DNA of 10,133 bases from a virus (IMGVR_UViG_2695420701_000015); one strand, 5' to 3'. Shown: positions 1-6,764, numbered from the stretch's first letter. Made by a program: numbers and translations. Notes: generated by a model from the letters alone, not told the origin.

Positions 1-35
1 TGAGACTAACTTTTGAGACTTCTAAGGGGAACATT

Positions 36-587
36 ATGGCGATACTTGGATATTGCAGGGTGAGTACAGATGACCAATCCATCACTAACCAGCAAATGCA
101 AATTGAAGAGGCAGGGTACAACATTGCTAAATGGTTCACTGATGAAGCTGTCAGTGGTTCTGTCAAAGCTTCTTTAAGAAACGGTTTCAGCAGACTATTA
201 GCTTATGCACGAGAAGGTGACACCGTAGTTGTGGTAGCTGTAGACCGTCTTGGACGTGACACAATTGATGTGTTATCAACGGTTAAAGCGCTACAGGCTA
301 AAGGTGTGACAGTTATCAGCCTTAGAGAAGGGTTTGACTTATCAAGCGCTATGGGTGAAGCAATGTTAGGCATTATGTCAACGTTGGCACAGCTTGAAAG
401 AAGCTTGATAGCAGAGCGTAGAAAGGCTGGTATTGAACGTGCTAAAGCTGAAGGGGTACATATGGGAAGACCTGTAAAAGCTTCTTCAGAGGCTGTACAG
501 ATGCTTATTTCACAAGGTAAAACGAGGTTGCAGATTCAGGAAGAGCTAGGAATCTCTAGAGCAACTTATTACAGACTTGCTAAATAA
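36..587 (+). CDS. Small serine recombinase (resolvase/DNA-invertase family), 183 aa
   Basis: Complete ORF. N-terminus MAILGYCRVSTDDQ carries the catalytic-serine motif of small serine recombinases; VDRLGRD motif; C-terminal HTH-like [13 protein letters not shown]-like AAGGGGA about 6 nt upstream of the ATG. Confidence 0.9.
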   Translation: MAILGYCRVSTDDQSITNQQMQIEEAGYNIAKWFTDEAVSGSVKASLRNGFSRLLAYAREGDTVVVVAVDRLGRDTIDVLSTVKALQAKGVTVISLREGFDLSSAMGEAMLGIMSTLAQLERSLIAERRKAGIERAKAEGVHMGRPVKASSEAVQMLISQGKTRLQIQEELGISRATYYRLAK

Positions 588-776
588 GTTACTGAATAGT
601 TACATGGATGTAGCTGATATTTGGCTTTTTTGCCAAGGGGGTCACATAGCTGGTGTGACGGGTACTAAACACGTATACATCATGAGGTAGATTCTACCGA
701 ATCAACTAGACAGATATTTTCGAAGATTCGGGGAAGATGAGATTCAAAGAGGGCTAGTCATTTTTTATAAAAAATT
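198..776 (+). repeat. Copy A of the recombinase-3'/downstream module (3' part of the gene plus about 190 bp downstream)
   Basis: Direct repeat of 777-1356. The first 80 bp downstream of the stop (588-667) are identical in all three copies and contain palindromes TTGGC-T6-GCCAA and GTCACA-N7-TGTGAC. Copy A has a distinct 44-bp patch (668-711). Confidence 0.85.
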
Positions 777-1164
777 AGCTTATGCACGAGAAGGTGACAC
801 CGTAGTTGTGGTAGCTGTAGACCGTCTTGGACGTGACACAATTGATGTGTTATCAACGGTTAAAGCGCTACAGGCTAAAGGTGTGACAGTTATCAGCCTT
901 AGAGAAGGGTTTGACTTATCAAGCGCTATGGGTGAAGCAATGTTAGGCATTATGTCAACGTTGGCACAGCTTGAAAGAAGCTTGATAGCAGAGCGTAGAA
1001 AGGCTGGTATTGAACGTGCTAAAGCTGAAGGGGTACATATGGGGAGGCCTGTAAAAGCTTCTTCAGAGGCTGTACAGACGCTTATTTCACAAGGTAAGAC
1101 GAGGTTGCAGATTCAGGAAGAGTTAGGAATCTCTAGAGCAACTTATTACAGACTTGCTAAATAA
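777..1164 (+). pseudogene. 5'-truncated second copy of the serine recombinase gene (C-terminal about 129 codons only)
   Basis: nt 777-1164 align to nt 200-587 with 5 substitutions (4 synonymous, 1 Met->Thr). The catalytic N-terminal domain is absent; ORF-track ORF 808-1164 starts at an internal Met. Confidence 0.8.
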
Positions 1165-1356
1165 GTTACTGAATAGTTACATGGATGTAGCTGATATTTG
1201 GCTTTTTTGCCAAGGGGGTCACATAGCTGGTGTGACGGGTACTTAGCAGCTACAGACATCTGTCAGATATTTTTGAAGATTCGGGGAAGATGAGATTCAA
1301 AGAGGGCTAGTCATTTTTTATAAAAATTTTCAGACTCTGAAAAGTTACTGTACAGA
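777..1356 (+). repeat. Copy B of the recombinase-3'/downstream module (tandem, head-to-tail with copy A)
   Basis: Junction at about 774-777, where ...TTTTATAAAAAATT joins AGCTTATGCACGAG (gene position about 200). Downstream part 1165-1356 matches 3491-3684 almost exactly. Confidence 0.85.
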
Positions 1357-1508
1357 ATATATACAGATATCTTTAAAGTATCTGTAAAAACTTTTAAGAT
1401 AAAAGATAGATATCCCAGAAAGGATATCCGTTTAGAAAACCTGTTAAGTATCTCTTAAAAGAGAGTAAACCTTGTCAAGAGTGATTGCAATAAAAATTTT
1501 TATTTCTT

Positions 1509-2171
1509 ATGTCAATTGAGCATATTTTAATCGGGAAGCATCATGGGGGTTCTGATTACTGGAGAACTCCATTTTTGTTATTTAAGAACTTACACCGTGA
1601 ATTTATTTTCAGTCTAGATGGTGCTGCAACTGAGCATGACACGCTGTTACCACGATTCACCGATGATATAAGCCGTCAATCATGGGTTAGTGAAAAGGTC
1701 TTCTGTAACCCGCCGTACAGCGATATTCCGTCGTTCCTCTTAAAAGCGTCTGAAGCGGATTTAGTAGCTTTCCTGATACCGCATAGAGCCAACACCAGCT
1801 ACTGGCTTAGGCACATTTACAGCAATAACCACTGTCATGAAATCCGTATTCTTCATCGTGCAGTTAAATACCTTCCACCAGCAGGGCATAACAGGCTTAC
1901 TATTAGGTCACCGTTTCCAAGTGCAGTCGTTGTTTTTAAAAAAGAACCACGTAAGCATGAAATTACACAGATGGTTTGCTGTGCTGATACATTGCTACCG
2001 TTAACCATCATTAACCGTGGTGGACTAAGAGGAAGACCCACCATTTACCCACCTGAGACGCTCGACAGCTTCATAAAACTATACAGGCAAGGAAAACCCA
2101 TTAAGTACATTGCAGATGCTCTCAGAATGCCTCTGAGCACGTCATACAGGATTGCTCAAAGGTTGAGCTAA
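1509..2171 (+). CDS. DNA N6-adenine methyltransferase, phage Dam-like family, with C-terminal HTH-like extension (220 aa)
   Basis: Motifs DYWRTP, LDGAA and FCNPPYSD (NPPY catalytic motif of amino-methyltransferases) in the order typical of the phage Dam family. C-terminal about 45 aa (KPIKYIADALRMPLSTSYRIAQRL) resembles a resolvase-type HTH. No adjacent restriction endonuclease gene is visible. Confidence 0.75.
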   Translation: MSIEHILIGKHHGGSDYWRTPFLLFKNLHREFIFSLDGAATEHDTLLPRFTDDISRQSWVSEKVFCNPPYSDIPSFLLKASEADLVAFLIPHRANTSYWLRHIYSNNHCHEIRILHRAVKYLPPAGHNRLTIRSPFPSAVVVFKKEPRKHEITQMVCCADTLLPLTIINRGGLRGRPTIYPPETLDSFIKLYRQGKPIKYIADALRMPLSTSYRIAQRLS

Positions 2172-2275
2172 AATTCTCATAAATATGGTCATTTACAAGA
2201 CAGGTGATTCAGATGTTAAGAAGTATCCCCGTGAACAATAAATGACCAATCAGTAATCATTCTGTGAAATAATTG

Positions 2276-2304
2276 TTGCAATTTATAATCACATCTGTTA
2301 TAGT
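2276..2304 (+). promoter_or_regulatory. Candidate sigma70 promoter (TTGCAA-17 bp-TATAGT)
   Basis: Hexamers and 17-bp spacing read directly. It lies about 230 bp upstream of the 2535 ORF, so the assignment is tentative. Confidence 0.3.
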
Positions 2305-2534
2305 TTCTATATGGGCTGATAAAAAAGTTCATGTCTTGAAGTGGTAACACTTGGGGAGGTGTCAGATGGTTGGCGTATATTAACCTCTCATTCAGGGTAT
2401 ACCTCAGCGTTTTAATCATCGTACTGTTTCAGGCATGGACTTCTTTATCAGTCCATCAATCCCCCAGATATTTTAATCACACAGGCTAATCGGTTTTATC
2501 CGGTTGGCCTTTTCACGTATGAGGTAATTTATGA

Positions 2535-2924
2535 ATGTCTAAATATAACCCAAATCAGTTTTATAAATTTGATGTGCGAATCTCTCAACTTTCAGAAGAA
2601 ATTAACGCAGCAGCAAGATTGATTTATATGGTCATGGTCCATAGCTGTGACTTCTATGAAGAGAAATACAAATCATATTCACCAAGTATTGACCATCTCG
2701 CTTATATGGCTGGTGTATCAAAGAGAACAGCAATCAGAGCCATTGAGACACTTGAGAAACACGGTTTAATTCAGGTGCAAAAGAATCAGGGGCGTCAAAG
2801 CACTTATCGTGTATTCACACTGGATGATAAGCCGGAATTACTTGTAAGACCTACATCACAGGAAGTTGCAGCCTCAGTAAGACAAAATGACACCACTACC
2901 AGTGACAAAATGTCATGGGGGTAG
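2535..2924 (+). CDS. Winged-helix DNA-binding protein, possible replication-initiator or regulator N-terminal part (129 aa ORF)
   Basis: Segment LAYMAGVSKRTAIRAIETLEKHGLIQV is HTH/winged-helix-like. GAGG lies 10 nt upstream of the ATG. The ORF stops at a TAG (2922-2924) between two 15-bp repeats, and the coding signal continues in another frame. Confidence 0.5.
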   Translation: MSKYNPNQFYKFDVRISQLSEEINAAARLIYMVMVHSCDFYEEKYKSYSPSIDHLAYMAGVSKRTAIRAIETLEKHGLIQVQKNQGRQSTYRVFTLDDKPELLVRPTSQEVAASVRQNDTTTSDKMSWG

Positions 2925-3138
2925 TGACAAAATGTCACCCGTGTTAGAGTTAGATAAGTTATTAGATAAAACATTAGATAATAATATTACAGATAAGAAT
3001 AAAGAGACTGGACTTAATGATGATATTAAAGAAGATGACTTTCTTTCTTTGGATGAATTAAATGATTTTCTCTCTATGAATGAATCTGACCTTGAAGTAA
3101 GCTCTAAAAAGGGTGATGCTGCCAACTTACTGATTTAG
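2887..3138 (+). pseudogene. Acidic C-terminal continuation of the rep-like gene in a shifted frame, 3'-truncated by IS1
   Basis: ORF 2887-3138 re-reads the second 15-bp repeat as SDKMS, the same peptide ORF 2535-2924 reads from the first repeat. Its last 9 codons (GDAANLLI-stop) are encoded by the IS1 left inverted repeat, so the native 3' end is missing. Confidence 0.35.
2901..2937 (+). repeat. Two exact 15-bp direct repeats AGTGACAAAATGTCA, 22-bp period, each containing the palindrome TGACA-N3-TGTCA
   Basis: Read directly: copies at 2901-2915 and 2923-2937. The 7-bp spacers differ (TGGGGGT versus CCCGTGT). Confidence 0.9.
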
Positions 3139-3450
3139 TGTATGATGGTGTTTTTGAGGTGCTCCAGTGGCTTCTGTTTCTATCAGCTGTCCCTCCTGTT
3201 CAGCTACTGACGGGGTGGTGCGTAACGGCAAAAGCACTGCCGGACATCAGCGCTATCTCTGCTCTCACTGCCGTAAAACATGGCAACTGCACGCATTATG
3301 GGCGTTGGCCTCAACACGATTTTACGTCACTTAAAAAACTCAGGCCGCAGTCGGTAACCTCGCGCATACAGCCGGGCAGTGACGTCATCGTCTGCGCGGA
3401 AATGGACGAACAGTGGGGCTATGTCGGGGCTAAATCGCGCCAGCGCTGGC
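3112..3450. mobile_element. IS1 remnant: intact left terminal inverted repeat, insA with internal deletion, start of insB; right part absent
   Basis: GGTGATGCTGCCAACTTACTGAT at 3112-3134 matches the IS1 left inverted repeat as I recall it. The following sequence encodes the InsA N-terminus ([41 protein letters not shown]). About 85 bp appear to be missing after 3291 relative to canonical IS1 (from memory). IS1-like sequence stops at 3450. The segment is visibly more GC-rich than its flanks. Confidence 0.8.
3167..3334 (+). pseudogene. insA: insA remnant (GTG start), frameshifted by the internal deletion
   Basis: Translation from GTG at 3167 gives the InsA N-terminus and then diverges after ...KTWQL into [14 protein letters not shown]-stop. 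The InsA C-terminal peptide [21 protein letters not shown] is encoded in a different frame. Confidence 0.7.
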
Positions 3451-3451
3451 A

Positions 3452-3684
3452 TAGGAATCTCTAGAGCAACTTATTACAGACTTGCTAAATAAGTTACTGA
3501 ATAGTTACATGGATGTAGCTGATATTTGGCTTTTTTGCCAAGGGGGTCACATAGCTGGTGTGACGGGTACTTAGCAGCTACAGACATCTGTCAGATATTT
3601 TTGAAGATTCGGGGAAGATGAGATTCAAAGAGGGCTAGTCATTTTTTATAAAAATTTTCAGATTCTGAAAAGTTACTGTACAGA
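3452..3684 (+). repeat. Copy C of the module: last about 13 codons of the recombinase gene plus downstream region
   Basis: TAGGAATCTCTAGAGCAACTTATTACAGACTTGCTAAATAA and the following about 190 bp match 549-587 and 1165-1356. It begins abruptly inside IS1-derived sequence. Confidence 0.85.
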
Positions 3685-4630
3685 TTTTGCACAATCCTAC
3701 CAAACCTCATAGTTGATTCGATTAGAAGCTAATCTCATAGAAAGCTCTGTAGCGAGTTTTAACCCCATTTTTAGGGGTAACCTATAGGGATGTACTAACC
3801 ACCTTAAAATAAAGGGGTAAAATCGCTTAGAATGCGTTACAGAGCGTCTGAGAAGCCATATTCACAGATTTTACTAAAACCTCAGACTTCTAAGTAGTCT
3901 TTTAACAGGAGGGGTTCCCCTATGGTCACATATCCCCTCTCTTTCCACTAAGTAAGCCTTAGCAGCACCTAAGCAACAATTGACTAACAGATTCGGTAGA
4001 GTCTATCTCATAGGTCAACTTCATAAACTCAGAGCTAAGTTACCTTGAAAGATTCTACCAAGAACTACACAGGTGTTATTTAGTCTGACTGTGAAGGGAT
4101 ATTTAACGGGAGAAGAGATACGATATAACCCGAAGGGAGAGTATCATCTTAACAATTATCTTAAGAATAAAACTGAAAAACTCTTAACAGATAACCACCT
4201 AGAAAGAAGGGAACGATAAGACCAGAGGTAGTGACCTGTTAAACAGGCTGTTTCAAAGTCTCTTAAAAGTCTGTTAAGTAAGGTCATGTGAACAATCTTA
4301 CCATTTTGTCAATGCTTTTGTCTTTGACCTAAATCAATAAAATGTATCGTTTGATATGCTTTTAAACAAAATAGCTAAAAAATCTTTTTTTAGAGGGGCG
4401 CTTCGCTTGGGGTCACTATGAATGATTTTTCTCTCGCTAAGAGAGCGCTTACAGAGGTCTTTCAAATCTCAATAGCCAGCCGAGGAACACAGGAAACCGA
4501 GGGAAGAAAAACTATTGTGATTACCTTGAACAAGGTCTGTAAAGGTCGTTTAAGAGGTCGGTTAAGAAAGGAGCTTCCCTCTCTGGGGTTATCGCTCTTC
4601 TCCCGATTAGTGGGGCGGTTAAGGGGGCTT

Positions 4631-4812
4631 GAAGTTATCTGTGAAGGTACTGGACAGTCTTATATATTGGGTGATTACAACTCGTTGAAAAATAAGCATT
4701 TTTAGAAGTTACTGTTAAGGTTGCAGAGTTGTCTGTGAAGAGACTTGTCAGTTCTCTATATATGGCTAATTACAACTTATTGAAAAATAAGAACTTTTAG
4801 AAATTACTGTCA
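4631..4812. repeat. Two imperfect tandem direct repeats, about 94-bp period
   Basis: TCTGTGAAG...TTGAAAAATAAG(C/A)A(T/C)TTTTAGAA(G/A)TTACTGT occurs twice, starting at 4638 and 4732, roughly 80 percent identical by eye. Confidence 0.8.
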
Positions 4813-4945
4813 GAGAGGTGAATGCTTGATAGACACAGCTTTCCGGTTCTGTCAAGCTATTTTTTAATAGATAGCACAAAATGCTAAAGACACCCCTGTA
4901 CCATAGACTTCTATCTGTCATCTCGTGCAGGGGTTTTGAAGGAGT

Positions 4946-5122
4946 TTAACGGGGGTCTGTGTGGTCGTTATCCTTAAGGTCAAGCGTCCATGTACGACCG
5001 AACAGTTTAAAGACAACAAGCACTCTGACGAGGACGTAGCGAAGTAGCAGGCCTGCAATCAGCCCAATACCTCCACCAGTCCATACATCAGGTGACCCCA
5101 GCTCAGGAGGGAGATTTACCAT
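4946..5122 (-). CDS. Candidate small membrane protein, 58 aa (MVNLPPELGSPDVWTGGGIGLIAGLLLRYVLVRVLVVFKLFGRTWTLDLKDNDHTDPR)
   Basis: Internal Met of ORF-track ORF 4946-5278 (-). AAGGA RBS 6 nt upstream on the minus strand. One predicted transmembrane helix with a charged C-terminus. The palindromic element 5137-5234 lies immediately upstream. Confidence 0.35.
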   Translation of the reverse strand: MVNLPPELGSPDVWTGGGIGLIAGLLLRYVLVRVLVVFKLFGRTWTLDLKDNDHTDPR

Positions 5123-5136
5123 TAGTTTTCCTTGTA

Positions 5137-5234
5137 AGACGCTCTCAATCGCATTCTGACACAAAAAGTACCTGACCTTATGAGTTGACCTGAAGAGGTC
5201 GTTTAACTCGTTACAGGGCGATTGAAGAGGTCTG
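5137..5234. repeat. Palindromic repeated element, copy 1 (terminal inverted repeats AGACGCTCTCAATCGC / GCGATTGAAGAGGTCTG)
   Basis: Both terminal arms are shared with copy 2 at 6765-6886; the central part differs. It sits immediately upstream of the RBS of the minus-strand small ORF. Confidence 0.8.
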
Positions 5235-5336
5235 TGTGCAATGCAAAATATGCGACCAAATACATAGCCACGCCTCATATTTTACTCTCCCCATAAACCC
5301 ATTATACCACAGATGTTACGAAAATGTTAAAAATAC

Positions 5337-5365
5337 TTGACATTAGTCTTTGAAAATGCTAATAT
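5337..5365 (+). promoter_or_regulatory. Candidate sigma70 promoter TTGACA-17 bp-TAATAT
   Basis: Consensus -35 and near-consensus -10 with 17-bp spacing, about 50 nt upstream of the 5417 ATG. The -10 is followed by TGTATATAT, as at the 7320 promoter. Confidence 0.55.
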
Positions 5366-5416
5366 TGTATATATAGGTTAACAGAATAATAACATCTTCT
5401 GAGAGTCAGAACATGA

Positions 5417-5974
5417 ATGCAGTATTCAGAATTTAGAGCGATGCTTCAGGCATCAAGAGAACGCAACAAGCACAACTCCTACGCTTACACAAACAACCCC
5501 ACCAGCTACGAAGTCCCAACCTTTAGCAAATCCGAACGTAAGAACATTGAAGCGGTCATTCGTAGCATTACGCCACGAGACAGATTTATGCCAGTACGCA
5601 AAACAACAAAGAATACTATTAAAAATTATCTGGCTAACTTTGACAGTTACGAGCAGTTACCAAGCAAGCTTGATGATGTTTTTATTGGGTTCTGTAGAAG
5701 TGAAGGCCACCCGAAATACAACAAAAAACTATTTTATCTGCTAAAGAATCTTGACGAAATTAACGCATCCACCGTGACAAATCATCTTCAGCGACAGGCA
5801 ACCAGACTTAGTTACGAATTACCAAGCGATAAATATTGCGCTTTGCTTGCTGTGATGTGCGCGAAATTAATTGGCATTGTTGAACATCATATTGCCGTTG
5901 GGAATATTGAGCCAATGGAAAACGAGCAACCAGATTTCGAGTTTGACCCCTATTTAGTTACAGAGGATTTTTAA
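5417..5974 (+). CDS. Hypothetical protein, 185 aa, acidic C-terminus
   Basis: Long ORF downstream of the candidate promoter; first gene of a run of tightly abutting ORFs. No family recognised. Confidence 0.7.
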   Translation: MQYSEFRAMLQASRERNKHNSYAYTNNPTSYEVPTFSKSERKNIEAVIRSITPRDRFMPVRKTTKNTIKNYLANFDSYEQLPSKLDDVFIGFCRSEGHPKYNKKLFYLLKNLDEINASTVTNHLQRQATRLSYELPSDKYCALLAVMCAKLIGIVEHHIAVGNIEPMENEQPDFEFDPYLVTEDF

Positions 5975-6253
5975 ATGAATAAACACACATTAACCAGAGT
6001 TACAAAGACAGCCTTTGATGAACTGAACCGAATCAAAAACATTACAGGTCTGCCACACTCAGCAGTGATGAAGCTTGCAATTAACCGTGATATTAACGAA
6101 CAGGATTTGCTTAATAGTCGCTTAGAGGCTGCAAGACACCATATCAGGATTAAGCAAGATGACCTTGATAGTCTGAAATCCTTAAATGCTTTTGGACTGG
6201 ATTTAGCAAGGTTACTAAGTATCAAAATTCACAAACTGTCTCAGGAGGTCTGA
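5975..6253 (+). CDS. Hypothetical small protein, 92 aa
   Basis: ATG immediately follows the upstream stop (TAAATG); GAGGA lies upstream. No family recognised. Confidence 0.65.
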   Translation: MNKHTLTRVTKTAFDELNRIKNITGLPHSAVMKLAINRDINEQDLLNSRLEAARHHIRIKQDDLDSLKSLNAFGLDLARLLSIKIHKLSQEV

Positions 6254-6255
6254 TT

Positions 6256-6528
6256 ATGAAGCAATGGCGAGATGATATTAAACGGTTCTTTGCAACTTAC
6301 TTCATGATTAATTATGAGACAGGAATGCTTGAATGGATTGATGGTGGAGAGGTTAAGACAAGAGATGATGCTTACGGTAATCCAATGATTCGTTATGGCA
6401 CTCGTGATTATTATCTGAAGTATGTCATCTGGTTTTTGCATCATGAAGTTCAGGCAACTAAAAAGATTATCTTCAGGGATGGTAATAAAAGAAATTGCCA
6501 CCCAAACAATTTACTCCTGGAGATTTAA
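6256..6528 (+). CDS. Small protein with degenerate HNH_3-like motif, 90 aa
   Basis: AGGAGG RBS 7 nt upstream. C-terminal half (YLKYVIWFLHH...IIFRDGNKRNCHPNNLLL) resembles the HNH_3/NUMOD4-type pattern (HRxVW...IDHIDGNxxNNxxxNLRL), but the DH of the catalytic motif is replaced by FR. Confidence 0.6.
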   Translation: MKQWRDDIKRFFATYFMINYETGMLEWIDGGEVKTRDDAYGNPMIRYGTRDYYLKYVIWFLHHEVQATKKIIFRDGNKRNCHPNNLLLEI

Positions 6529-6728
6529 TGTTATGTATTAAATTCGAATATTTGACAGATAAAATGATTAAGCATGTATCAGACCTGCTCATCAAAGAAG
6601 GTGGTTTCGGTGATGCTTGCAATCCAAAAGATATCTTCATTCATGCCACCAGCCCAAACGCAACACTAAAGACAGCAGTTACAGCGGAATGGTTTGAACG
6701 AAATAAAGCGGAATTAGGTTATTGGTAG
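6528..6728 (+). CDS. Hypothetical small protein, 66 aa (ATG start; the ORF track extends to 6495 via a TTG)
   Basis: ATG overlaps the upstream stop (TAATG), indicating translational coupling. Confidence 0.55.
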   Translation: MLCIKFEYLTDKMIKHVSDLLIKEGGFGDACNPKDIFIHATSPNATLKTAVTAEWFERNKAELGYW

Positions 6729-6764
6729 TCCGAGACTTTAAGAGAAATTAGAAAAACAGCTTAT

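Noticed and set aside
1853-2044. Minus-strand 63-aa ORF
   Set aside because: Fully nested antisense within the methyltransferase gene; no start context.
2216-2419. Minus-strand 67-aa ORF
   Set aside because: Lies in the AT-rich intergenic and promoter region between the methyltransferase and rep-like genes; no RBS; composition typical of a chance ORF.
2901-2937. Clean 22-bp tandem duplication as the cause of the rep-like frameshift
   Set aside because: The two 15-bp cores are identical but the 7-bp spacers differ (TGGGGGT versus CCCGTGT), so it is not a simple recent duplication. Kept as a repeat pair with alternative explanations.
2913-3125. Minus-strand 70-aa ORF
   Set aside because: Antisense to the rep-like C-terminal frame and extends into the IS1 inverted repeat; low-complexity serine-rich translation.
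3138-3464. ORF-track ORF of 108 aa on the plus strand
   Set aside because: It lies over the IS1 remnant in a frame that is not InsA or InsB and runs across the IS1/recombinase junction; it is a read-through artefact of the rearranged IS1.
4418-4705. ORF of 95 aa with low-complexity GRLRGRLRKE and GRLRGLEV segments
   Set aside because: The repetitive peptide is produced by short DNA direct repeats (G(T/G)CG(G/T)TTAAG) and the ORF runs into the 94-bp tandem repeat; there is no convincing RBS. More likely non-coding repeat DNA. A real small protein cannot be fully excluded.
4631-4812. Possible CRISPR array
   Set aside because: Only two repeat units of about 94 bp, imperfect, with no repeat-spacer alternation; no cas genes in the window.
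4946-5278. Full-length 110-aa minus-strand ORF
   Set aside because: Its N-terminal 52 codons are read across the palindromic repeat element, which is intergenic in its other copy. Only the 58-aa internal-Met version with an RBS was kept, as a low-confidence CDS.
5547-5744. Plus-strand 65-aa ORF
   Set aside because: Nested out of frame inside the 5417-5974 gene.
5971-6501. Minus-strand ORFs 5971-6225 and 6241-6501
   Set aside because: Antisense to the tightly packed plus-strand operon; no independent start signals.
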